In this document: positions 1 to 9,497 of the stretch, piece after piece
How the letters are laid out: each line of letters starts with the position of its first letter
Position numbering within the stretch: position 1 is the first letter of the stretch
NCBI GenBank assembly: GCA_022360615.1
Contig: JAKSCL010000048.1
Location: 1 to 44,514, forward strand
Direction of reading: 5' to 3'
DNA: 44,514 nt
From: Hyphomicrobiales bacterium
Lineage (GTDB): Bacteria; Pseudomonadota; Alphaproteobacteria; Rhizobiales; JAKSCL01
Translations under genes and position numbers: made by a program
The notes under the pieces: generated by a model
Databases searched by the model: none
Seen by the model: the letters and a program-made list of their open reading frames with translations, nothing else
Told to the model about the DNA's origin: nothing

Positions 1-82
1 CCACGACCGCATCATCGACGATCATCACTTTGATGCGGGACGAAGCCCCCGCCTGGCTACGTTCAAGTGCAATCGCCGACAT
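1..82 (-). CDS. cheB: Chemotaxis methylesterase CheB, N-terminal fragment (runs off the left edge)
   Basis: Manual translation from the ATG at 82 gives [27 protein letters not shown], a receiver-domain start; it follows cheA-cheW-cheY on the same strand. Not in the ORF track. Confidence 0.8.
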   Translation of the reverse strand, partial: MSAIALERSQAGASSRIKVMIVDDAVV

Positions 83-184
83 CAACCCATACCCATACGC
101 TACTCGACTTGGCCGGAGACTGATTTGAAAACAGCCCCGTGACCTACCCCACAAAAAACTTGGCCAGACGACTGGCCGCAGGCC

Positions 185-550
185 CTAAAGGAGCCCGACT
201 TGCTGAAACTTGGATTCGACGATCTCCCGGTCGAAAGGCTTCATGATGTATTCATTGGCCCCGGCATGCATCGCGCGTGCGATCTGCCCGACATCGTTTT
301 CCGTCGTGCAGAAAACGACCGTCGGTTTGTCCCCACCGGGCTCCCTGCGCAGGGCCTGCAAGAATTCGAAGCCATCCATGACGGGCATATTCCAATCAAG
401 CAAGATGACTTCCGGCATATCTTCCCGGCATTTCTCAAGCGCCTTCTCCCCGTCTTCCGCTTCATCGATGCGGAAGGCAAGATCTTCGAGAATCCGGCGC
501 GCAACCTTACGGATGACGCTCGAATCATCGACAACCAGGCATGTTCGCAT
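185..550 (-). CDS. cheY: Chemotaxis response regulator CheY
   Basis: 121-aa stand-alone receiver: VVDDS, LLDWNMP, T, KPF motifs; lies in the che operon. Confidence 0.95.
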   Translation of the reverse strand: MRTCLVVDDSSVIRKVARRILEDLAFRIDEAEDGEKALEKCREDMPEVILLDWNMPVMDGFEFLQALRREPGGDKPTVVFCTTENDVGQIARAMHAGANEYIMKPFDREIVESKFQQVGLL

Positions 551-603
551 GCTTACTCCTCCAACTCAGCCGCCCGGAGGGGCGCCACTCGGTCCGACAG
601 CGG

Positions 604-1080
604 TCACGCCGCAAATGCAGCCGCCTCCATGCTCAAAACGCGGTCGACATTCAAAATGACCATCAAACGCCCTTCGAGGCGGTAGACACCCGCCGAAACA
701 CGTGCCCAACGCGAATCGAGATTGATCGGATTGCTCTCAAGCTCGGCTGTCGAGAGCCGGAGCACCTCTCCAACAGAGTCGATCAAGAGCCCGAAGCTCT
801 CACCGCCATATTCAATGCCGACGGCCATCGGCGTCTCTTCCGCATCGCGGGGCGGCATGCCGAGCCGGCCACGCATGTCGATTGCGGTGACGATACGGCC
901 GCGCAGATTGAGAACGCCCGCCACATCGCGCGGTGCAAGCGGAACAAGTGTGATCGATTCGGGAAGGAAAACGTCATGGACACGGTTGATCGGCAAGCCA
1001 AAAAGCTGCTCGCCAATGTGAACGGTGACGAATTCCGTTGTCTCGTCTTCGATGAGACTGACGACGTTGTCGTTATCCAT
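604..1080 (-). CDS. cheW: Chemotaxis coupling protein CheW
   Basis: GVLNLRGRIVTAID and GLLIDSVGEV motifs. ATG at 1080 lies 1 nt after the cheA stop, so it is preferred over the ORF start at 1128. Confidence 0.95.
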   Translation of the reverse strand: MDNDNVVSLIEDETTEFVTVHIGEQLFGLPINRVHDVFLPESITLVPLAPRDVAGVLNLRGRIVTAIDMRGRLGMPPRDAEETPMAVGIEYGGESFGLLIDSVGEVLRLSTAELESNPINLDSRWARVSAGVYRLEGRLMVILNVDRVLSMEAAAFAA

Positions 1081-1081
1081 G

Positions 1082-3826
1082 TCAGGCTGCCTCTTCCATC
1101 GGGACACTGGCTTCCTTGAGGGCTGCAATCAGCCCCTCGCGGTCGAATTTCGCCACATAGTCGAAGAACCCGGCCTGACGGCCGCGGCTGATCGCGGCGG
1201 GCGATGAATGCGAGGAAAGCGCGATAATCGGGAGTTGCTTCGTTCTGGGATCGTTTGTCACCGCTTCAGCGAACTCGAAACCGTTCATGCCCGGCATTTC
1301 GATATCGCTGATGATGACGTCGTACCGCGTGCCGCCAGCCAGCATGGCGAGCGCGGTCTGCGCGTCCTCCATGGTATCGACCTTATAGCCGGCAGCCTTG
1401 AGCACCGGCGTCAGCATGTTGCGGAAGAACGGGCTGTCATCGACGAACAGCGCACGCTTTGTCAGTGCCTCTGCGGACATTTCCTTGCGTTCGAACCAGT
1501 CCTCGAACGCGAGCGGCAGATAATGGCCAAGATCGAGGATTTCCGTGGCCTTGCCCTTGATCACGGCCGAGCCGAGCATGCCTGGGCGCTCTGAGCGGAT
1601 TTCGATGTCGAGCGTATCCTCAACGATATCGACGATGTCGTCGACCACGAGGCCCATGGAGTGGCTTGCGTCGGCGAAGACGAGAAGCGGTTGTGTGCCT
1701 TCCTTGCGACGCTCGGTCTCCGGCGTCACGAACACAAGCGGCATCAGCGTTCCGCGATACTGCACCACGGAGCGGCCATTGACCGTTTCAATATCTCCGA
1801 CATTGATCTCCTCAAGCCGCGTGACCAGCGAAAGGGGAACCGCTTTCGGCTCCGCTGAACCGGCGCGGAACAAGAGAAGCGATGTGGTGGCCTCGTTGCT
1901 CTTGCCCAACGCTTCGGCATCCACATCGATAGCATCGAGCGTTGTTGCAAGCGCCGAACCGAACTCTTGCGCGATCCCGTTCGGATCGATGATCATGATG
2001 ACACTGCCATCCCCAAGGATTGTGTTGCCGGAGAACATTGGAATATCCTTCAGCATCGTGGACATGGGCTTGACCACGATTTCCTCGGTATGGAAAACGC
2101 CATCGACGACAATGCCGAAGGTAAGCTGCCCCACCTGGGTGACAACGATGAAGCCGTCCTCCGCCGCTTTGCCCTCATCCTCGCCAAAGTGCGCCGGATC
2201 TTCGATACCGAAGATCTTACTCATCTGAATAAGCGGCAGCAGCTTGTTGCGAAGCCTAAGAACGGGCGTTTCCTTGATCGTCTCGATACGGTGATCGGAA
2301 TTCGTTTGCGCCCGCACGAGTTCGACCACATTGAGCTGCGGGATGGCGAAACGCTGCTCTGCGCTTTCGACGATCAACGCAGAAACGATGGCAAGCGTCA
2401 GCGGGATCTTGATGGTGAATGTCGAGCCTTGGCCCGTAATTGACTTCAGGTCGATCGATCCGCCGATGAGCTCGATGTTGGTGCGCACGACATCCATGCC
2501 GACACCGCGCCCCGACACCGAGGTGACTTTTTGCGCGGTCGAGAAACCCGCATCGAAGATGAACTTCTGGATTTGGGTTTCGCTCATCTTTTCGAGCTCA
2601 GCCTCGGTCACGAGGCCGCGCTCGACAGCTTTCTTGCCCACTTTTTCCAGATTGATTCCACGCCCATCATCGGACACCTCGATAATGATGTGGCCGCCCT
2701 CATGATAGGCCGAGAGCCGGACGGTGCCGGTCTCCTTCTTGCCGGCTGCAATCCGGTCCTCGGTTGATTCGAGGCCATGATCGGCAGAATTGCGAACCAT
2801 GTGGGTGAGCGGGTCCTTGATCTTTTCAAGCACCTGACGGTCGAGTTCGGTGTCCTCGCCGCTCATCTCCAACTCGATCTTCTTGCCCACCTCCTGGGCC
2901 AGGTCGCGCACGATGCGCGGCAGCTTCTGCCACGCATTGCCGATTGGCTGCATGCGCGTCTTCATGACGCCGTCCTGCAATTCAGCAGTCACATTGGACA
3001 AGCGCTGCAGGGGAACTTTGAACTCCGATTCCTCATGCCGCCGGACGATCTCAAGAAGCTGATTGCGTGTCAGCACCAGTTCGCTGACGGTTGTCATAAG
3101 CTTCTCAAGTGTATCGACATTCACCCGGATGGATTGATTCTTGACGCCGCCTTCGGAACGTTGAGGTGCACCGTCTTTTCCGCCGCTAGGCGCCGCTGCG
3201 GGCGCAGCCGGTGCAGGCTTCGGCTCATGGAATTCGGGGCCAGGCGCCTCCTGAAAGGCGCGCTCCAACTCATCGAGCGAGACTTCGCCAGGGCGGAGTT
3301 CGCGCTCGAGCGTTTGGTCGGGCAGGCCCGGTTCATCGGCGGCCGGAGCACCACTCTGCACCTCAGGGGCGGCTTCGGCTGCTCCGTCGGGCTCGCTGGG
3401 CGTGCCCGCATCTGCCTGTGCGGCTGCCGCCGCTTCGCCATCGCCACCTTCAAAGCTCAGCGAAAGGGCTTCGAGTTGGCCAATCAGATCCTGGTCATTG
3501 CCATCGGGTTCCTGGCCGGTCTGTTCCAATTCCTCAAGCAGCACCTTGATGCGGTCGATGGAGGACAGCACCAACGACACCGCGCCTGGCGTCACCGGCG
3601 CACCGTCGCGGAATTTGCCCATAAGCGTCTCAGCGGCATGCGCCACCGCTTCGAGCCGGGGCAAGCCAAGAAAACCGCAGGTGCCTTTGACGGTGTGAAC
3701 CAGCCGGAAGATATTGTCGAGAATCTCCGCATTGTTCGGTTCCTGCTCGAACTTCACAAGTTCGACGTCAACGACATCAAGGCTTTCAGCGGTCTCAGTG
3801 AGGAATTCAGAAAGAAGATCGTCCAT
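1082..3826 (-). CDS. cheA: Hybrid chemotaxis histidine kinase CheA (Hpt, dimerisation, HATPase, two CheW-like domains, C-terminal receiver)
   Basis: FRLVHTVKG Hpt, HMVRNSADHG, DDGRG, SGRGVGMDVV, and a C-terminal FVDDS...SDIEMP receiver. Architecture and A-W-Y-B order match F5-type systems. Confidence 0.97.
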   Translation of the reverse strand: MDDLLSEFLTETAESLDVVDVELVKFEQEPNNAEILDNIFRLVHTVKGTCGFLGLPRLEAVAHAAETLMGKFRDGAPVTPGAVSLVLSSIDRIKVLLEELEQTGQEPDGNDQDLIGQLEALSLSFEGGDGEAAAAAQADAGTPSEPDGAAEAAPEVQSGAPAADEPGLPDQTLERELRPGEVSLDELERAFQEAPGPEFHEPKPAPAAPAAAPSGGKDGAPQRSEGGVKNQSIRVNVDTLEKLMTTVSELVLTRNQLLEIVRRHEESEFKVPLQRLSNVTAELQDGVMKTRMQPIGNAWQKLPRIVRDLAQEVGKKIELEMSGEDTELDRQVLEKIKDPLTHMVRNSADHGLESTEDRIAAGKKETGTVRLSAYHEGGHIIIEVSDDGRGINLEKVGKKAVERGLVTEAELEKMSETQIQKFIFDAGFSTAQKVTSVSGRGVGMDVVRTNIELIGGSIDLKSITGQGSTFTIKIPLTLAIVSALIVESAEQRFAIPQLNVVELVRAQTNSDHRIETIKETPVLRLRNKLLPLIQMSKIFGIEDPAHFGEDEGKAAEDGFIVVTQVGQLTFGIVVDGVFHTEEIVVKPMSTMLKDIPMFSGNTILGDGSVIMIIDPNGIAQEFGSALATTLDAIDVDAEALGKSNEATTSLLLFRAGSAEPKAVPLSLVTRLEEINVGDIETVNGRSVVQYRGTLMPLVFVTPETERRKEGTQPLLVFADASHSMGLVVDDIVDIVEDTLDIEIRSERPGMLGSAVIKGKATEILDLGHYLPLAFEDWFERKEMSAEALTKRALFVDDSPFFRNMLTPVLKAAGYKVDTMEDAQTALAMLAGGTRYDVIISDIEMPGMNGFEFAEAVTNDPRTKQLPIIALSSHSSPAAISRGRQAGFFDYVAKFDREGLIAALKEASVPMEEAA

Positions 3827-3911
3827 ATGACTCTCGCCACTCTAGAACAGCTGCATAAAAGAGCTCTGCACGCACCGCAGAAAAATTCTGAAGTGAGTGT
3901 CGGGCGAAAGC

Positions 3912-3927
3912 GTTAAGAAGTCTTGAA
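3912..3927 (-). promoter_or_regulatory. Near-consensus CtrA box upstream of cheA
   Basis: Minus strand reads TTCA-AGACTTC-TTAAC, one mismatch to TTAA-N7-TTAAC, about 85 nt upstream of cheA. Confidence 0.5.
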
Positions 3928-3964
3928 GGAAGCGTGTGGCCGACAGCTAGTACACGTTATGCGA

Positions 3965-4606
3965 TTAGACCGCTCGCGCAGTCAACGTAACCGTGTCATC
4001 CTCGGGCGTCCCGATAACCACCTTCATACCGGCCAATTCGGCGATCAGACGTGCGTAGTACGGCTGGATATTGTGAGAGGTGACATCGGGATGCGACGCT
4101 TCCGTCAGAAACGCCTTGACGTCCTCTGGCACCCGCGCATTGCGACCTTGCATCTTCAATAAAAAGGACGGCGCATCATCGCCTTCGGTTACTGTAACGG
4201 AAAGACTGCCGCCACGCGGGATGCATGTGATACCGATAATGACGAGATTAAGGAGAAGCTTGACCTGATCCTTCTTGGGCGCACCTGGGTAAGCGGCCCA
4301 CGTGAGTTCGATCTTGTCTGAATCGACGAAACCGCGCGTCACCTCCTCCGCTTCGCGAAGATCGATTGTCGCACCTGCGGAACTGGCCGCGCCGAAAACA
4401 AGCCTTGCAAATTGCAATTTCGCCGACGCCTGCGTTGCGCTTTTGCGGATAAGATCGAATGCCACCTCGCGCAACGATGCGTCTGCGTTCTCATCCAGGA
4501 CTTCAAGGCCGTTGATGATGGCGCCGACGGGATTGACGACATCGTGGCAAACACGGCTGCAAACCATGGCCGCAAGTTCAACCGATTCAGGCGCACTCTT
4601 TGACAT
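3965..4606 (-). CDS. chpT: Histidine phosphotransferase ChpT
   Basis: CSRVCHDVVNPVGAIINGLE and KLQFARLVFGAASS motifs; degenerate ATPase-like domain; start placed at MSKSAP. Confidence 0.92.
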   Translation of the reverse strand: MSKSAPESVELAAMVCSRVCHDVVNPVGAIINGLEVLDENADASLREVAFDLIRKSATQASAKLQFARLVFGAASSAGATIDLREAEEVTRGFVDSDKIELTWAAYPGAPKKDQVKLLLNLVIIGITCIPRGGSLSVTVTEGDDAPSFLLKMQGRNARVPEDVKAFLTEASHPDVTSHNIQPYYARLIAELAGMKVVIGTPEDDTVTLTARAV

Positions 4607-4735
4607 GGTTGTCCATCCGCGAATCATGTGAGGAGAACCGGCATAATGAAGACGGCTCCAAAGCCTGCCAAGCGGCCAATCGGAACAATCCAAACATAAG
4701 CTTCTGGCCGAACATGCCGAATGCAGGACGTAAGC

Positions 4736-5236
4736 CTACTGCGGAAAGCGAGCGCGCCAGTTTTTCGTAGCCGTATCCTTGAACGCATCCGGGTCCATCA
4801 ACCAAACGGCGCGGTTGGCCGCGGAGCGGAAGAAATAGAGCTCGCCATTCCGCACCGCCCAGATTTCCGGATCGCCGGCGGCGAACGCCCCGCGCGCGAC
4901 GGAAAGCGCGTCGTGCCCGCCAAAACGTGGCGCATAGACAGTAGGCGCTTCAAGGAAAGCCGCCCTGTTGCCCTCATTGACGAACCGCCAGAAAACACCG
5001 GCCCACTCAAGTTCGCAGCAATCGGTACCGGGCCGGGCGTCATTGTCGACGAAATAGGCAACCGGATCATAGCCGCCAATCGCAAATCCTGTGTAATGGT
5101 CGCGCCAGACGACGTCATGTTGACTGGCCGCAGTCACCATCGTTGGGGCGGTAAGGAGGCCGGCCGCCAAAACGACGGCCCCCAATATGCGTCCTGGGGC
5201 AACGAGCCAAGCGCCACGTTCTCGCCACTTCGCCAT
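4736..5236 (-). CDS. Exported YHS-domain protein (YHS selenoprotein-like family, Asp variant)
   Basis: Signal-peptide-like N-terminus; GYDPVAYF, WRF...N...F...P..YAPRFGG and GELYFF motifs. Confidence 0.8.
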   Translation of the reverse strand: MAKWRERGAWLVAPGRILGAVVLAAGLLTAPTMVTAASQHDVVWRDHYTGFAIGGYDPVAYFVDNDARPGTDCCELEWAGVFWRFVNEGNRAAFLEAPTVYAPRFGGHDALSVARGAFAAGDPEIWAVRNGELYFFRSAANRAVWLMDPDAFKDTATKNWRARFPQ

Positions 5237-5419
5237 GATCTCTCCTGCCCTTACGGAACCTCAACAGGCCGCAGCCAAACGCCGCCTCCGTGACTGTTCC
5301 TTAACGGTTTTTAGTAAAAATATTCACAACCCGTCGCGCCTTGCGGCCACTCAGCGCGATGGCCATATGCAGTGGTCATCAGCGCAAGTGAGCCCGGCGG
5401 AAACACCAGGAACGGAAAC

Positions 5420-6082
5420 ATGACAGTCAAAGCGCCTTTGTGCTTCCTCTTGCCAGCCAAAACCGTGTTTGCCGCCCTTGTCGCAATCGCCGTCACGGCC
5501 GCTCCCGCTGCGGCGCAGGCCCAAACCGGCACAGGCAACTATCCCTCCCCGCCGGTGACCGCGACGCCGAATTATGACACCGGCGCGCCGCAACAGGGTG
5601 ACAGCTTTTCAAGCGACGAAATCGTTCAAGCCGGTCATGAGTTTTTCGGAAACGCGTCGCAGAACATGGCGCTGGCAATCGAGCAGGCGTTCCAGCGTTA
5701 TGGCCAACCCAATGGATATGTTCTCGGCGAAGAGGCAAGTGCTGCATTCATCGGCGGGCTGCGCTACGGTGAAGGCACGCTCTACACCCGCAATGCCGGC
5801 AATCGCCCTGTTTTCTGGCAAGGGCCTTCGATCGGTTTCGATTGGGGCGGCGATGGCGCCCGCACGATGATCCTGGTTTATCAGCTTGACAGCCCGGACA
5901 GCATATACGGACGCTTTGGCGGCGTGTCCGGTTCGGCCTTTATCGTCGGCGGTGTCGGTTTCACGGCGTTGACCAACGGGAGTCAGACAGTGATTCCGGT
6001 CCGTTCGGGAATCGGTGCCCGTTTCGGTGCAAATGCTGGCTACCTTAAATTCAGCCGCCAGCCGACCTGGAATCCCTTCTAG
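5420..6082 (+). CDS. eipA: EipA-like envelope integrity protein (DUF1134)
   Basis: Signal peptide; YGQPNGYVLGEEASAAFIGGLRYGEG, WQGPSIGFDWGGDG and terminal PTWNPF; synteny beside chpT. Start at MTVKAP is inferred. Confidence 0.85.
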   Translation: MTVKAPLCFLLPAKTVFAALVAIAVTAAPAAAQAQTGTGNYPSPPVTATPNYDTGAPQQGDSFSSDEIVQAGHEFFGNASQNMALAIEQAFQRYGQPNGYVLGEEASAAFIGGLRYGEGTLYTRNAGNRPVFWQGPSIGFDWGGDGARTMILVYQLDSPDSIYGRFGGVSGSAFIVGGVGFTALTNGSQTVIPVRSGIGARFGANAGYLKFSRQPTWNPF

Positions 6083-6287
6083 CGCAGTCCGGTCGGCACA
6101 ATTTTAGGCAATTTTTGCCTCATAAAAAACAAAACGCTGGCGAGATTACGGAAAGTATGCTGCTTGCCCGCAACACATCCGGCTCTTTAGGGGCGGAATT
6201 AGGGTTAACCGTCTGCTTCCACTGGAATGCTGGCTGCGAGCATGGCAAGTTGACAAAAGTTCCCGTTGATTTCGCGCGGAGGTTGCC

Positions 6288-7901
6288 GTGATCGAAGCGG
6301 CAATGATGTTTACACTGGGCTTTGCGATCGCAGGCCTGTGCAGTTTCATGTTTACGCCTTTGATTTGGCAGCGCGCGGTGCGGCTGACGACGCGCCGGAT
6401 CAAGGCGTCTTTGCCTTATTCGATTACGGATGTGGAAGCGAAGCACGACCGATTGAGGGCCGAGTTTGCGACAACCACCCGCGATCTGGAAAAAACCTGC
6501 GAGCGGCTGCGGCAGCGCACCGCGGAATTGCAAATGGCGGCGGGCCGCCAGATGGGGATCATCGACCAGTTGAAGATGGAGGTCCTCGAGAAGCAGGCGG
6601 TCATCGCGCAGCTCGAAGCTCAAAGTGAAGCAAAAAGCGGCGCAATCAGCGGCCTTGAGGACCGCATCTTCAATGATTCCCAACTTCTCCAGAATGAGAA
6701 GTCCGCGCTGACTGCGCTGCAGAACACGCTCGCGGAGCGCGAAGGCCAGATCTCAGGTCTGAAAGGCGACTGCGACACCCAACGTATCGAAATCGTTGCG
6801 CTCAAGACGCAAAACGACAATCTGCGCCAGCAGATGCAAGAGGCGGAAGAGGCCCGTGCGGCAATCGATCGCGCGCTCAACATCGAAAGCAATGCGCATC
6901 GCGGCACGATCGCAAAGAACGAAGAAATCGGCCAAGAGCTTTCCGCCACGCAGAAACGGCTTGAAGTGCTTGAAACCGCGATTGAGGGTCTGAGGCACGA
7001 AAAGGCCGAGAAGGACACCACGATCAGACAACTGCGCGAAGCCGTGTCACAGCATTCCGCCGGCGAACTTCGCAACGAAAAACATGCAAGCGCGCTTGAG
7101 AGCCAGTTGAAGGAAGCGGCTGACAATCAAGCACGGCTCGAATCGCGCATCACCGAGCTTGACCGCAAGGCCCTGACACAAGCTGGCAACGGCAAAACCG
7201 GTAAAACGGGAGCCGCCAAATCGGATGAAGCCATGCGCAATCTGCGGTCGGAATTGAGGGAAAAAGAGTTCGCACTTAAGGCCGCCGAATCCGAAATCAG
7301 CTCGATCGAAGCCACATTGGCCGGAAACCCGAACGCGAAAAACGGCAGATCGAACCTTCGTCTGACCGAAAACGTCAAGATGCTGCAAGAACTCAAGGCA
7401 GAGCGCGACCGGGCAGTTAGGGAAAACGAAGACCTCCGCAAAGCGCTGGAAGCGGCCCGCACATTCCAGGATACATCCGCCATGCCCGATATGAAGGTTC
7501 TTAGGCCCGCAAATGACACGGACAGCCCTGCGGTCGCGGAAAAGGCGAAAACCCGCGCAACCACACCGAGCGAACTGGAAAAGCTACGGCGTGAGGTCGA
7601 GGAACTGACCGAAGAACTAAAGGCTGCCAGAGCCGAAATCGCGTCCTTCAAGGAAAACAGCGAGAATGATGAAAAAGGCCGCGAAACATATGCGAACAAG
7701 ATCGACAACGTGGCCGCGAAACTCGTTACCGCTTCCGCCGAGACAAGTGGACAGGTGCATCAGATCGACAAAATCATCGAGGATTTTGTGAAGGAGAACG
7801 GCAGCGGCGACGATGAAACCGGGAAAATCGGACGAAACGAAAAGGTTTCGCTTCTAAGCCGCGTGAAAGCGGAACGCGGAGGCAAGCGCGCACGGCGCTG
7901 A
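6288..7901 (+). CDS. Membrane-anchored long coiled-coil protein, function unknown
   Basis: GTG start after GGAGG; one N-terminal hydrophobic helix followed by about 450 aa of E/K/A/L-rich heptad-like sequence. Confidence 0.8.
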   Translation: MIEAAMMFTLGFAIAGLCSFMFTPLIWQRAVRLTTRRIKASLPYSITDVEAKHDRLRAEFATTTRDLEKTCERLRQRTAELQMAAGRQMGIIDQLKMEVLEKQAVIAQLEAQSEAKSGAISGLEDRIFNDSQLLQNEKSALTALQNTLAEREGQISGLKGDCDTQRIEIVALKTQNDNLRQQMQEAEEARAAIDRALNIESNAHRGTIAKNEEIGQELSATQKRLEVLETAIEGLRHEKAEKDTTIRQLREAVSQHSAGELRNEKHASALESQLKEAADNQARLESRITELDRKALTQAGNGKTGKTGAAKSDEAMRNLRSELREKEFALKAAESEISSIEATLAGNPNAKNGRSNLRLTENVKMLQELKAERDRAVRENEDLRKALEAARTFQDTSAMPDMKVLRPANDTDSPAVAEKAKTRATTPSELEKLRREVEELTEELKAARAEIASFKENSENDEKGRETYANKIDNVAAKLVTASAETSGQVHQIDKIIEDFVKENGSGDDETGKIGRNEKVSLLSRVKAERGGKRARR

Positions 7902-7913
7902 AAGGGTGCAGGC

Positions 7914-8321
7914 TCAATCTCCGGCAGCTTGACCGAGCGGCAGCGTCCGCAAAACCGTTCCCGTTTCGACATCTAGAACGACCAAAACGGCACCCGGATC
8001 ACTGCCACTTCCGCTGTCAACCACAAGCAGCACGCGGTCGCCATCGAGGCTTGCCGAAATAATCCGGCTCGGATCAATATCTTTCAGGTGGACTGCCGCC
8101 TCGGGCGAGATGGCGGCCGATTGTGAAACCTCCTCCGATTGGCTCAGACGCCAGCCGATGGCACCGAACACAATAAGAAAGCCGAACAGCATGATAGCCG
8201 AGCTTGCCATAACCATACGCCGCATGCGGCGTACGATGCGCTCCTGCTCGGGCGGCAGGGGCGGCTCATCGGTCTCAAATCCGCTATCGCCCTGATTGGA
8301 AGGGGAAGGATTGCCGGTCAT
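7914..8321 (-). CDS. Small single-pass membrane protein divergent from rluD
   Basis: From MTGNPS: acidic/Pro N-terminus, RRMRRM, a TM helix (VMASSAIMLFGFLIVFGAIGW), then a beta-rich C-terminus. The upstream part of the 230-aa ORF is antisense to rluD. Confidence 0.7.
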   Translation of the reverse strand: MTGNPSPSNQGDSGFETDEPPLPPEQERIVRRMRRMVMASSAIMLFGFLIVFGAIGWRLSQSEEVSQSAAISPEAAVHLKDIDPSRIISASLDGDRVLLVVDSGSGSDPGAVLVVLDVETGTVLRTLPLGQAAGD

Positions 8322-9351
8322 GGACGACGTAATCGATATCCGTGTTCCCGAAGGTCTGGAACGCGACCGGCTTGATCGGGTACTTGCGCACGCCATCCCG
8401 CGTCTAAGTCGGTCCCGTTTGCAAACGCTGATCCGTAACGGCGCGGTTACAGTTGACGGCGCGACCATAAGAGAGCCACGCCACGCGGTCAAACCCGGCG
8501 CGCGGATCGGGCTGACTGTTCCTGAACCGGAGCCCGCGGCACCTGAGCCCCAACCCATTCCCCTTGATATCGTGCACGAGGATACCGATGTTATTGTCAT
8601 TAACAAACCTGCAGGCCTCGTCGTTCATCCCGCTCCTGGACATCCCAACAACACCCTTGTCAACGCGCTGATAGCCCATTGCGGCGATACGCTATCGGGT
8701 ATTGGCGGTGTGAAACGCCCTGGCATTGTGCACCGGCTTGACCGCGATACCTCCGGCTTGATGGTAGCTGCAAAAACGGAAACGGCGCATCTTGCGCTCG
8801 CTGAACAGTTTTCCGATCATGGCCGCTCAGGCCCTCTGGAAAGGGCCTATCTCGCCATGGTCTGGGGTGTGCCGAGACCCGCATCGGGACGGATCGAGGC
8901 CGCCATCGGTCGATCGAAACACAATGCGCTGAAACAGGCGGTCCGCAGTGACGGGAAACATGCTGGAACCCGCTACAAGCTGGTGAGTTGTTTTTACAAA
9001 GAACCGCAGAACGAGAGGGAAGAAGCGGTTGCAAGCTTGATTGAATGCCGGTTGGAGACCGGCCGCACGCATCAAATCCGTGTCCACATGGCTCATTTGG
9101 GCCATCCGCTTCTGGGTGATTCGCTTTATGGAGCCGGTTACAGGACGAAAATAGAAGCGCTACCGGATGAGGCAAAAACAGCGCTCACCGCGATGGACGG
9201 ACAGGCGTTGCATGCTTTCCGGCTCGGTTTCGACCACCCGTCATCGGGAGAACACATGGTTTTTGAGCGTCCGCCCCGCACCGCCATGGCAAGGTTGATC
9301 AGGGCCTTTCCGCCCGAAAAGGACCGGTCATCCTCTGGCCGCAATAGCTGA
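8320..9351 (+). CDS. rluD: RluA-family 23S rRNA pseudouridine synthase RluD
   Basis: S4 domain (RLDRVLA), NKPAGLVVHP, catalytic HRLDRDTSG, LETGRTHQIRVH; upstream of rpoH. Confidence 0.95.
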   Translation: MDDVIDIRVPEGLERDRLDRVLAHAIPRLSRSRLQTLIRNGAVTVDGATIREPRHAVKPGARIGLTVPEPEPAAPEPQPIPLDIVHEDTDVIVINKPAGLVVHPAPGHPNNTLVNALIAHCGDTLSGIGGVKRPGIVHRLDRDTSGLMVAAKTETAHLALAEQFSDHGRSGPLERAYLAMVWGVPRPASGRIEAAIGRSKHNALKQAVRSDGKHAGTRYKLVSCFYKEPQNEREEAVASLIECRLETGRTHQIRVHMAHLGHPLLGDSLYGAGYRTKIEALPDEAKTALTAMDGQALHAFRLGFDHPSSGEHMVFERPPRTAMARLIRAFPPEKDRSSSGRNS

Positions 9352-9497
9352 TAGGCTTGAACTGCATGGGCCTAGGCCTGAACATGGGTTCGGAACACTG
9401 ATATAATCATGTGACCAGCCGGTTCCTTTAAAGAATGAAGTTCTGCATACTTTTTCCCTCTCTACGGTCAACAAGACCGATGAAGGAGACATAGACC

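Noticed and set aside
2777-3916. 379-aa plus-strand ORF, and similar long ORFs at 11440-12588, 19851-21302, 22147-23403, 28714-29709 and 33346-34389
   Set aside because: All are antisense to well-supported genes (cheA, RgsA-like, glmM, ftsH, tolA/tolR, ruvB) and show no motifs; typical shadow ORFs of GC-rich codon usage.
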